Shown: piece by piece, positions 10,488 to 18,593 of the stretch
Position numbering within the stretch: the first letter of the stretch is position 1
Layout of the letters: the number at the start of each line of letters is the position of its first letter
Assembly (NCBI GenBank): GCA_963737905.1
Contig: CAVTUQ010000007.1
Coordinates: forward strand, 1 to 64,000
DNA: 64,000 nucleotides
From: an uncultured delta proteobacterium
GTDB lineage: Bacteria; Desulfobacterota; Binatia; UBA9968
Direction: 5' to 3'
The notes under the pieces: generated by a model
The model's database searches: none
Seen by the model: the letters and a program-made list of their open reading frames with translations, nothing else
Told to the model about the DNA's origin: nothing
Position numbers and translations under genes: made by a program

Positions 10488-10697
10488 TTAGTCGTCCAGC
10501 CTGAACCCTAGCTTGATCGTCACTTGCCAGTAATCGATCTTGTTGTTCTCGACGTAGCCGCGGCTCTCGATGACTTGAAACCAGTGCAAATTGTGAAGCG
10601 TCTTTGACGCTTTGGTAATGGCGTTTTGGACCGCATCTTCTATGCTGGTTTTAGAAGAACCCGTGAGTTCGACCTGCTTATAAATATGCTCGCTCAT
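10488..10697 (-). CDS. Dodecin (flavin-binding protein)
   Basis: YKQVELTGSSKTSIEDAVQNAI..WFQVIESRG..WQVTIKLGFRLD, 69 aa, GGAGG RBS. Confidence 0.92.
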   Translation of the reverse strand: MSEHIYKQVELTGSSKTSIEDAVQNAITKASKTLHNLHWFQVIESRGYVENNKIDYWQVTIKLGFRLDD

Positions 10698-10769
10698 AAA
10701 TCCCTCCTTGGAAAACGAAGAATAATTTATTCTTTGTTGTGGTGAAGTAGAAAATACATTGATTGCCGG

Positions 10770-10785
10770 TGCATTAATAGTGCCC
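10770..10785 (-). promoter_or_regulatory. Possible sigma54 (-24/-12) promoter for dodecin
   Basis: Minus strand GGGCAC-TATTA-ATGCA, with GG-N10-GC spacing, ~73 bp upstream of the ATG. Confidence 0.4.
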
Positions 10786-11320
10786 GTATCATTAATGCGC
10801 TATTTGTTCTTGCCTGATCCATTTCGAGAGTGAGCCGGCATGCACCGAGTAAAGCTAAGGATTCTAGCAACATCAAACAACTCTGGAGAAAACCAGCGCA
10901 GCAAAGAAGTGTCGACCTTCTGCCACAATGAGGAAATTAAAGGGGACATCTCTAAACGGGACGGCGCTGTCAAGCACTCACAGGGCGTATTTCTCCGTCA
11001 GGTGTATGTGATCCGAAAAAACGGCCTCGGTATTTCGCTTATAACGCACGATCGGCGTCCGGTATGAACTCTGATATCCCCCCGAATTTGGTTACCGCCG
11101 GCTTAAGGAGTCGGCTTGGGGTGATCTGACTTTGAATTCTTGACAATCTTCTTAGTTGCGTTTGAGTCCGCTGGGTACCGGCTCCGCAGCGTTGCGCTGC
11201 TCGCGGCTCCCTTCTGGGACGGTTATAGGTTTGCTCAATGGCGCAAGCCCGCAGCAGTTGCAAGCCACTTGCGGTTGCAGTGATCCCAAGTGGCAGTTGT
11301 GACAGAACCGCGCGGCCGGC

Positions 11321-12064
11321 CTATTCCAAAGCCATCAGCCGCACATAACCAGGGATCGGCTCCCACAACCCCAACAACTCGAGGCGGTGCCGAACGTAGG
11401 CGGGCGAGTTGCTGTACACCGCTTTGCCGAACTCCGCTTCCAAGCGTACTGCGCTAGGTAGGCCCAGCCACGACCCGCCGCCGACGTAGAGGCCGTCGGC
11501 CTCGGGGTACTTCGCAAGTGCGGTCGCACCAAGCCGGTAGGACAGGTCCAGTCCCTCTTGCAAGTGCATGCCTTCGAACTCTTTCGGCGTCATCACGTGC
11601 GTCGACCAGCCGGCGACGTCGATCCCCTCGCGCCTGAAGAACTTCGCGAGGTTCTCGTTCATCGGATCGGTCCACTTGTTGGCCAGTGCGATGTTCTTGA
11701 GTCCGAGGCGTTTCGCACCAGCCACCATGCTGAGCACGTTGGCGGTCGTTGGGATCCTTGTCGCCTCGTGCATACGGCCGAGGAGCTCATCCAGGAAGTC
11801 CGGGCCCATCACGCAAGGCAGCGGCACGCCGCCCTGGACGATAAGGTCCACGTCGTACTTCGCCAGCGTCCTCGCGTAGTCCGCCGCAGGCTCGAAAACG
11901 CGTTGGATCTCCTTGGGTGTAAACTCTTCCATACCCACCGGGAGCGCCACCGTCGAGACGCCCCGCGGGATCGAGAAGTAGTACCACTCGTAAGCGCCGA
12001 CCGTGTTGGTCGGAGACAGCTCGCCTATCTTCTTCCTGGGCCAGTAGGACTCCGGTAGCGGCAT
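11321..12064 (-). CDS. Maleate isomerase / arylmalonate decarboxylase (Asp/Glu racemase superfamily)-like protein
   Basis: KIGELSP.N, ARTLAKYDVDLIVQGG, IPTT, LGLKNIAL, ADGLYV, RLEAEFGKAVYSN; 247 aa. Confidence 0.7.
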   Translation of the reverse strand: MPLPESYWPRKKIGELSPTNTVGAYEWYYFSIPRGVSTVALPVGMEEFTPKEIQRVFEPAADYARTLAKYDVDLIVQGGVPLPCVMGPDFLDELLGRMHEATRIPTTANVLSMVAGAKRLGLKNIALANKWTDPMNENLAKFFRREGIDVAGWSTHVMTPKEFEGMHLQEGLDLSYRLGATALAKYPEADGLYVGGGSWLGLPSAVRLEAEFGKAVYSNSPAYVRHRLELLGLWEPIPGYVRLMALE

Positions 12065-12239
12065 GATTGACCTCCTGTTCGCGATTCTAGACGGCGTCCC
12101 TTGGCGGCCGTCATTTTACTCAAATTTTTACCACCGTGTGCCTGTTGCCTTCAACCGAAAAAGTGTTGATCGCCTGCGCCGGGTCGGAGCAACGCGAGGC
12201 ATTGATTTAGCGGTAGAAGATTGTATAAGAGATGAACCT

Positions 12240-12664
12240 CCGAGTGTCAGACATTTAGTTATTTAATTCCCACCATGGACTCGATCATCGAGGCGATTGA
12301 AACCGCTTGAGAATCCGTGGAGACGGCTTTCACCCATGCAATAGCCAGTTCCAATCGTTCCAGCCGTTCAACCGCTTCGCTCCGTTCAAAACGTTTCGGG
12401 AATTCCTGAAACTTTGAAAGGTTCAAAGTAACATAAGTTGAAGAAGGCGTAACCGCCCTTTTCCGGCAGGTCACTCTGGCATATCACTCACCGCTGCCAT
12501 CGAAGATTAGTTCCGGCCGTTCCAGGCGTTCCAATCGCTTTGCTCCGTTCAAAACGTTTCGGCCGTTTGAGTGTCATTTCTATTGCTTTTAGTTAGGAGC
12601 GACCGGCGAGCCGATTGATCGCCGGCAGTCTCCTTGCCAGGTTGCGTGGCGTAACATAAAATCA
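12240..12664 (+). repeat. Long composite direct repeat, copy 1 (9-nt GTTC(A/C)A units + RAYT 5' remnant + terminal promoter)
   Basis: Near-identical to 13875-14326 by direct comparison. TGGCATATCACTCACCGCTGCCAT (WHITHRCH) at 12477-12500. Confidence 0.92.
12634..12662 (+). promoter_or_regulatory. sigma70-type promoter at the end of repeat copy 1
   Basis: TTGCCA-17 nt-TAAAAT, preceded by the inverted repeat CCGGCGA..TCGCCGG (12603-12625). Confidence 0.65.
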
Positions 12665-12794
12665 CCCCACCATGCTCCAAGCGAAGGGTGACGAGATTTT
12701 ACGGAATCGCGGTCCCGGACGGCATGGATGATTACCGCTTGCAGATCGAGAAACTGCTACGGGAGCGACGCCGACGGGAGGTTAGATAAGCCAA

Positions 12795-13130
12795 ATGCTC
12801 CAACTTACGGCGGAGGAACAAGCGTGGCTTGACGCTTATCGCGCGGCTCTAAATGAGAAACACCCCGGGGCTGTTCAAGAGATGCTCATCTATGGCTCGA
12901 AGGCGAGAGGCCAAGCTCGTGCCGATAGTGATCTCGACGTGCTTTTGATTATCAAGAATGACGCCAACGCACTGAAGAGAGAGCTTCGATGGATCGGTTA
13001 TCTGCTCGCTGCAAAGACGGACGTCTTGCCATCCATTTTCGCGTACACCGAAGAAGAATGGGAAAGCCGTAGGCGAAGCGGGTCGACTTTCCGTAAAGCG
13101 GTCGAGCGTGACGCGGTCCGCGTCGTATGA
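12795..13130 (+). CDS. Minimal nucleotidyltransferase (MNT) antitoxin-like protein
   Basis: IYGSKARG..DSDLDVL motif; 111 aa. Confidence 0.88.
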   Translation: MLQLTAEEQAWLDAYRAALNEKHPGAVQEMLIYGSKARGQARADSDLDVLLIIKNDANALKRELRWIGYLLAAKTDVLPSIFAYTEEEWESRRRSGSTFRKAVERDAVRVV

Positions 13131-13148
13131 GGCGGTAGGGAACTGAAG

Positions 13149-13598
13149 ATGAAATTGAAAATCTATCTGGACACCTCGGTCTTCAGTGCCTACTTAGACG
13201 ACAGAGCCCCAGACCGGCGAGCGCAAACGGTTGAGTTCTGGGAACGTATAGCTGCCTTTGACGCATGCACTTCAGAGCTGGCGCGAGAAGAGCTGGAAAA
13301 TACACCTACTGCCGAACGCCGCAAACGTCTCCTCCGATTGCTGGATCGTCTCACGGTACACCCAATTACTCTGGAGATGAGGGAGTTGTCAGAACGATAT
13401 GTTCAGGCAGGAGTGTTCACAGCGATTATGATGAACGACGCCGTGCATGTCGCCGCAGCGGTTCTTACCCGTCAAGACATATTGTTGTCCTGGAATTTCA
13501 AGCATCTAGTGAATCGCGTTCGCCGTGCGAAGATTAATCAAGTGAACGTGTCTCAAGGACTGCCGACGATCGAAATTATAGCGCCACCAGAAATTTAA
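13149..13598 (+). CDS. PIN-domain toxin
   Basis: IYLDTSV, ELAREE, DAVHVAAA, LLSWNFKHLVN. Confidence 0.9.
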   Translation: MKLKIYLDTSVFSAYLDDRAPDRRAQTVEFWERIAAFDACTSELAREELENTPTAERRKRLLRLLDRLTVHPITLEMRELSERYVQAGVFTAIMMNDAVHVAAAVLTRQDILLSWNFKHLVNRVRRAKINQVNVSQGLPTIEIIAPPEI

Positions 13599-13610
13599 GG
13601 GGAGATTTTC

Positions 13611-13814
13611 ATGAAGTATTTTAATTATGACTCTGTAGCCCGTGAAGCAAAGATTCCCGAGGAAAAGTTGCGAAAACTTGTTAAGCTTGCCCGGCAGGAG
13701 TTTCCCCACGACCCGATGATGGTCGAGCTTCACACGTTGCGAGCTTGCCTGGCCATAAGGGACGGTCATATCCGGATCGATGACGCTCTGAAAAATCAAA
13801 CCGAGAGTCTCTAG
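13611..13814 (+). CDS. Small protein, probable antitoxin/partner of the PIN toxin
   Basis: 67 aa, GGGGAG RBS, 12 bp downstream of the PIN gene; RQEFPHDPMMVELH motif. Confidence 0.6.
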   Translation: MKYFNYDSVAREAKIPEEKLRKLVKLARQEFPHDPMMVELHTLRACLAIRDGHIRIDDALKNQTESL

Positions 13815-13874
13815 TCAGGTGAAGCGAAAGCCCGGAAGACAGCCGATCGACAGTGTCACGTCAAAAACTAACCA

Positions 13875-14326
13875 CCGAGTGTCAGACATTTAGTTATTTA
13901 ATTCCCACCATGGACTCGATCATCGAGGCGATTGCAAACCGCTTGAGAATCCGTGGAGACGCCTTTCACCCATGCAATAGCCAGTTCCAATCGTTCCAGC
14001 CAGCCTGCCCTGAGTCTAATCGAAGGGTTCAACCGCTTCGCATCCGTTCAAAACGTTTCGGGAATTCCTGAAACTTCGAAAGGTTCAAAGTAACATAAGT
14101 TGAAGAAGGCGTAACCGCCCTTTTCCGGCAGGTCACTCTGGCATATCACTCACCGCTGCCATCGAAGATTAGTTCCGGCCGTTCCAGGCGTTCCAATCGC
14201 TTTGCTCCGTTCAAAACGTTTCGGCCGTTTGAGTGTCATTTCTATTGCTTTTAGTTAGGAGCGACCGGCGAGCCGATTGATCGCCGGCAGTCTCCTTGCC
14301 AGGTTGCGTGGTGTAACATAGAATCA
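13875..14326 (+). repeat. Long composite direct repeat, copy 2 (with extra 25-bp insert at 14002-14026)
   Basis: Aligns end to end with copy 1. WHITHRCH codons at 14139-14162. Confidence 0.92.
14296..14324 (+). promoter_or_regulatory. sigma70-type promoter at the end of repeat copy 2
   Basis: TTGCCA-17 nt-TAGAAT, upstream of brnT. Confidence 0.65.
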
Positions 14327-14441
14327 ACTTCGGCGCAGTGCGAACTTGCCGATCAACAACCTTAGAAAGGCCATGGTTGGCCGCTGCCCCTTGGGTAAGG
14401 ACGATTAGAGCTTGCAAGTGGATAGACCAAGGAGCCCATGA

Positions 14442-14722
14442 TTGAAACTATCGGGTGTCATCTGGCTAGAAGAGATAGTCGAAAAGATCCAGCGCAAGCA
14501 TCACGTTACGCAAAACGAAGTGAGAGAAATTCTAAGAAATTCGTCGCATTTCAGATTTGTTGAGAAGGGACACTGGGGAGGAGAGAATATTCGGCATTGG
14601 GGCAGACAAGCGCTGGCCGTTATCTGATCGTATTCTTTGTGCGCAAGAAGACGGGTCAAGCATTACCGATATCGGCGCGGGACATGACCCCTAGCGAGAG
14701 GAAGAGATATGAAAAAAAATAA
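14442..14722 (+). CDS. brnT: BrnT-family toxin (frameshift near 14590)
   Basis: IWLEEIVEKIQRKHHVTQNEVREIL.. continuing in another frame as ALGQTSAGRYLIVFFV..PISARDMTPSERKRYEKK*. Confidence 0.8.
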
Positions 14723-15002
14723 GACTTCAATTTCAAAAGCTCGCTCGTACGCGCAAATCGGAGAGTTCTGGGATAAGCATGACTTGAGCGACTACTGGGG
14801 TAAGACAAGAAAAGTGAAATTCGACGCGGTCCTCGATCCAGAGGCAACTTATTATCCGGTCCAAAAGGATTTAGCTGAAGAAATCAAGTCAGTAGCCCGT
14901 AAACAAGGGGTGACCTTCGACACCCTCGTCAACCGTTGGTTAGGTCAAAAGCTACAGGAGACACGAAGGCGCGCTGGCAGGCCGAGCACAAAGAGCCCGT
15001 AG
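14709..15002 (+). CDS. BrnA/CopG-like antitoxin
   Basis: IGEFWDKHDLSDYW and ARKQGV..TLVNRWL ribbon-helix-helix-like C-terminus; overlaps the brnT end. Confidence 0.8.
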   Translation: MKKNKTSISKARSYAQIGEFWDKHDLSDYWGKTRKVKFDAVLDPEATYYPVQKDLAEEIKSVARKQGVTFDTLVNRWLGQKLQETRRRAGRPSTKSP

Positions 15003-15051
15003 TTTTGGTTTGCAGCCGCTCTTATGGATCACGGGGGAGAAAAAGCCATCG

Positions 15052-15327
15052 CTATTTTTTGGCCCTCTTAACCTTTGGCCCTGGCTTTAGGTTCAGTGAC
15101 AAAGATAGAAAGACGCCTCCCTTCTCAGTCGTATCGCTCGGCGGGATTTCTTTTCCTTCGTCCAGAAGAATCTCCATTAGACCGGTTGCCAATTCTCTAA
15201 GATTACTCAGCGCTTTTTCGGCGGTGTCGCCAAAGTCGGCAGTATGATTCAAGGTAGGCAACTTAGCGGTAACCTGTTTAGTTGTTGGGTCGGTTTCAAA
15301 TTCCACCCTGTACGTACGCTGCAACAT
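15052..15327 (-). CDS. HicB-like antitoxin (no adjacent hicA)
   Basis: AKLPTL..DFGDTAEKALSNLRELATGLMEILLDEGKEIP matches the HicB N-terminal pattern. Confidence 0.78.
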   Translation of the reverse strand: MLQRTYRVEFETDPTTKQVTAKLPTLNHTADFGDTAEKALSNLRELATGLMEILLDEGKEIPPSDTTEKGGVFLSLSLNLKPGPKVKRAKK

Positions 15328-15333
15328 ATGGCC

Positions 15334-15362
15334 AGGTTAGCCCCCCACTTAATTTGTGTCAA
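15334..15362 (-). promoter_or_regulatory. sigma70 promoter, likely leaderless hicB transcript
   Basis: TTGACA-17-TAACCT, 6 nt before the ATG at 15327, no SD. Confidence 0.6.
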
Positions 15363-15390
15363 TCGAATACGACGTCCGGGTGATGTACCT

Positions 15391-15683
15391 ATGCAGTAGC
15401 CAGTTCCAATCATTCCAGCCAGCCAGCCCTGAGTTCTATCGAAGGTTCAATCGCTTATCTAATGGGGTGGCCAGTTCAATACGTTCAAGCCGTTCAACCG
15501 CTGCGCTCCGTTCAACATAGGATCAGTCCGTTCCAGCCGTTCCAGTCGTTCAATCGCTTCGCTCCGTTCAAAACGTTTCCGGAATTCTTGAAAGTTCGAA
15601 AGGTTCAAATAACATAAGTTGACGAAGGCGCAACCGCCATGTTCACCTGGCCTGTCTGGCACATCACTCACCGCTGGCATTAG
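15391..15683 (+). repeat. Composite repeat copy 3 (diverged, expanded GTTC(A/C)A tract, lacks promoter tail)
   Basis: Shares atgcaRtagccagttccaat..ggaattcYtgaaa..aggttcaaataacataagttga..aaccgcc and TGGCACATCACTCACCGCTGGCAT (WHITHRWH, 15657-15680). Confidence 0.85.
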
Positions 15684-15851
15684 AACAATCACTACGATCT
15701 GCTAATCATGGGGCCGAGCAAGGCCCGTGATCCGCGTGATGTCGTCATCGCTTTTTCTTGGCGAAGACGGCGACGAATACCCTAAAGGAATCTGGTTTTT
15801 CCAAACGCCAGCGTGACTCATCTAGGGCATGCAGCGCGTTAAGATTTTTTC

Positions 15852-16166
15852 TCAGTGCACGTCGAGGGCGGTTTTTATGGCTTGATTCAGTTCCTCGATC
15901 TTGCCGGCATCGCAGGCGCCCATTAGCCGCGTCAAACGGTGCCGCGGAACGGTAAGGATGTTGTCTAAATTCGCAACACAGGGGACGGGTAATCCCTGTC
16001 GGCGGCCGAGGACTACTTCAGTCGGGAGCTGACGGATAGTTCGCGTGACAAGCGCAACCACAATGGAGCCGATGTTTTCAAGGACGCCATCCCGAGTCAG
16101 GATGATTACGGGCCGATTGCCGACCGGAGGGGGTAACTCAGCCCACCAGATCTCGCCACGCTTCAC
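15852..16166 (-). CDS. mazF: MazF/PemK-family endoribonuclease toxin
   Basis: MKRGEIWWAEL..RPVIILTR..CVANLDNI..AIKTALD. Confidence 0.9.
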   Translation of the reverse strand: MKRGEIWWAELPPPVGNRPVIILTRDGVLENIGSIVVALVTRTIRQLPTEVVLGRRQGLPVPCVANLDNILTVPRHRLTRLMGACDAGKIEELNQAIKTALDVH

Positions 16167-16378
16167 GCGTCGTCAGTTTCCCACTTGGAGATGGGGGGCA
16201 ATTCGCTAAGCAGTTTCGTTTGGGTCTCGGCTACCTGGTTCGGGTCGACGTCCGTGATAGCGGCGGCTTCTAGATACTGTCGAACGGCGTCTTCGATGAG
16301 CTCGGCTATATCCCGGTTTTGCCGTTTGGCGAGATCGCGAAGCTTTTTTTCGACAACGCTGGGAAGGTTAATAGTCAT
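16163..16378 (-). CDS. Ribbon-helix-helix (CopG-like) antitoxin
   Basis: TINLPSVVEKKLRDLAKRQNRDIAELIEDAVRQYL; 4-bp overlap with the toxin. Confidence 0.82.
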   Translation of the reverse strand: MTINLPSVVEKKLRDLAKRQNRDIAELIEDAVRQYLEAAAITDVDPNQVAETQTKLLSELPPISKWETDDA

Positions 16379-16384
16379 AAAGGG

Positions 16385-16413
16385 ATTCTAAACTGTCATC
16401 AGCCTGGCTTCAA
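16385..16413 (-). promoter_or_regulatory. sigma70 promoter, likely leaderless antitoxin-mazF transcript
   Basis: TTGAAG-17-TAGAAT, 6 nt before the ATG at 16378. Confidence 0.6.
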
Positions 16414-16502
16414 CCTAGATCTCCCAGGTCACCCACCGGCTGCGGCTTGACGTGGCGACGAACTGTGTAAAAGGAAATCTCGTCGGGATCTGTATTCTAC
16501 TT

Positions 16503-17978
16503 TCACAGGCGAGCCCCGGGTACTTTGAGAATTCTTCCCGGCTCGATTTCGGCCTTCAAAGTGACTTGGTTTAAAAGCGCGACATCTTCGGGCTTGAACG
16601 GAGCGGGTAAGCTCTTGGGGATCAAATCTTCCAAGCGCGCCCGGCGCGAGACGGTTTCCAGTGCCAGCCGAACCGGCTCTCGGTTCAAGATCCGGGAATC
16701 TTGGATTTCGCCGAAACCCTGCATGGTTTGCAAAAAGACGCTGCGAAAAGCGCCGAACGCTTGAGGCGCGCTATAGCCGACAAAATGGTAGATGCTGCCC
16801 CGGTAGTCAATGAAATAAACCATGACCCTGACAACTTGCCCATTTTCTGTCCGCGCATCCGCGACGGCAGCATAGGCGGGAAATTGACCCGAACGCATAG
16901 GGCCACGGTCAATGACTCTCAGCCCAGGCTGGTTGAGAAATTTCGCGGCGGCAGATTCTAAAGATTTTTCCCGCGCCGAAGAGAAGCCCAAAAATGCGCG
17001 GTTCTGATTTTCGACCATCACGACCTGGGTGGGTTGGTTGATCACTTTGAATCCACGCGGCACCGGAAAACGAAAGCGCAGTGCCGGATGATAGAAGACA
17101 TTTCCTTCGACGAATCCTTGCCGGGGATCGTCGCCGAGTACCAACCCTTCGATCGTTTTCAAGTAACGGGAGGTATCCGAAGTCCCACGTTTGTCGGGTG
17201 GCCGTCCCGCGGTCAATTCTCGGATGCGCTCAATCCGGTCTCCGGGATTGGGATGCGTGGAGAGAAAGTTGGGCATGCCTTGCCCTTCCTTTTCTTGCAT
17301 GCGGTTGAGCGTCTGGAAAAAACCAATCACGTCCCGCGGGTCATAGCCGGCGAGGGAGCTATACTCGACGCTCAGTTTATCGGCTTCCAATTCGTCGTCG
17401 CGGCTGTAGCGAAGGAAGAGCAGTTGCGTGGCCATGCCGCCGAGATTCATCAGATCCTGCGCGGGGAGCCCGAGCACTCCCTGGCCAAGCAGAGCGCCGC
17501 CGAACAGGAGCCCTTGACCTATCTGCTGCTGCCAGGCCTGGCGGGCCGCGTGGCGGGCGGCCACATGGCCGATCTCGTGCGCCAAGACGGCGGCGAGCTG
17601 ATCCTCGTCATTCAAATGGGCGAGCATCCCGCGGGTGATATAGATGTATCCTCCCGGAAGCGCCATGGCGTTGATGATCGGGCTGTCGAGGATGGTGAAA
17701 GTTACCGGAGTGTTGCGAAACTGTTCTTCAGTTCCGGCCCGCCTGAGGTGACTGGTTGCGAGAACGCGGTTGCCAACCTCCGTGACGTAGCGCTCGAGCT
17801 GCGGATCGCGGTAAAGACCGAAAAGCGCGGCGATTTCTTTACTGCTTTTCTTGCCGATCTCGGCTTCTTGTTGCCAGGTATAGCCGAGAAAACGCTTCTC
17901 TCCGGTAGCCGGAACGATATCCGTGGTGCAGCCGACATAAAGGAACGCGGTCAGGGCAAGTGACAGAAATCTGAACAT
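16503..17978 (-). CDS. M48-family metalloprotease lipoprotein (BepA/YfgC-like)
   Basis: INAMALPGG, HEIGH zinc motif, YSRDDELEAD, STHP; lipobox-like YVGC after ATG 17978. Confidence 0.9.
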   Translation of the reverse strand: MFRFLSLALTAFLYVGCTTDIVPATGEKRFLGYTWQQEAEIGKKSSKEIAALFGLYRDPQLERYVTEVGNRVLATSHLRRAGTEEQFRNTPVTFTILDSPIINAMALPGGYIYITRGMLAHLNDEDQLAAVLAHEIGHVAARHAARQAWQQQIGQGLLFGGALLGQGVLGLPAQDLMNLGGMATQLLFLRYSRDDELEADKLSVEYSSLAGYDPRDVIGFFQTLNRMQEKEGQGMPNFLSTHPNPGDRIERIRELTAGRPPDKRGTSDTSRYLKTIEGLVLGDDPRQGFVEGNVFYHPALRFRFPVPRGFKVINQPTQVVMVENQNRAFLGFSSAREKSLESAAAKFLNQPGLRVIDRGPMRSGQFPAYAAVADARTENGQVVRVMVYFIDYRGSIYHFVGYSAPQAFGAFRSVFLQTMQGFGEIQDSRILNREPVRLALETVSRRARLEDLIPKSLPAPFKPEDVALLNQVTLKAEIEPGRILKVPGARL

Positions 17979-18277
17979 TGCTTTACAATTTAGAGGAAAC
18001 CTGCGGGAGAAGAACATCATCTTGATTACGGCGAATTCCTTTTCGCCGAAAGATTGTGGCAACTTAATGACACATGCGCAATATTACGTTTAGAAGGAAA
18101 TTATTTTTGAGGCAAGGAGTGGACAGCATGTCGAAATATTCCTATGGAGCTTTGCCGTGAACTGATTAGTTTCAATTTTTTGTGAGCGCAGCTCTGTCGT
18201 GCCGGCTGCGATTTTTACCTTGACCGCTTGTTTGCCTGGCGATATAGCTTCGGGGCATAGGGAAAGGAGCCATCGTC

Positions 18278-18529
18278 ATGGACCACTACCACAAATCATA
18301 TCGCATCATCTCCAGGTCCGAGCGTGACCCGGAGAACAGCCTTTTCAGGGCACTGATTACCATTGAAACCAGTTCGGGGCCTGTTTACTTCGAGAGCACA
18401 ACCCCATGTCGCGAACCAATAGCGGGACGATTCGATAACGAACGCGAAGCTGAATCATACGGCGTCGAATGGGGAATAGATGCTATTGACCAGGGTTATA
18501 TGGAAGGTAGATTTTTTCGACGCCTCTGA
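18278..18529 (+). CDS. Small hypothetical protein
   Basis: 83 aa, AAGGAG RBS, possible TTGACC-17-TATAGC promoter at 18220-18248. Confidence 0.55.
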   Translation: MDHYHKSYRIISRSERDPENSLFRALITIETSSGPVYFESTTPCREPIAGRFDNEREAESYGVEWGIDAIDQGYMEGRFFRRL

Positions 18530-18593
18530 TGAGGCCAGAAAGTGGTAATGGGTGCTTTCTAATGGGTGATCCTATCTGGGCTTCAAATACGAA

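Noticed and set aside
12240-15683. CRISPR array
   Set aside because: Repeat units are either 9 nt or 300-450 bp, not 23-47 bp repeats with unique equal-length spacers; no cas genes.
12259-15692. Small ORFs 12259-12474(-), 13853-14071(+), 14211-14417(-) and 15459-15692(-) as real genes
   Set aside because: They are translations of the repeat DNA (ERLERLE from the 9-nt units; antisense of the transposase remnant) and differ by frameshifts between copies.
12240-16413. Classical integron cassette array
   Set aside because: No tyrosine integrase. I could not find regularly placed RYYYAAC...GTTRRRY palindromes after each gene, and cassettes lie on both strands.
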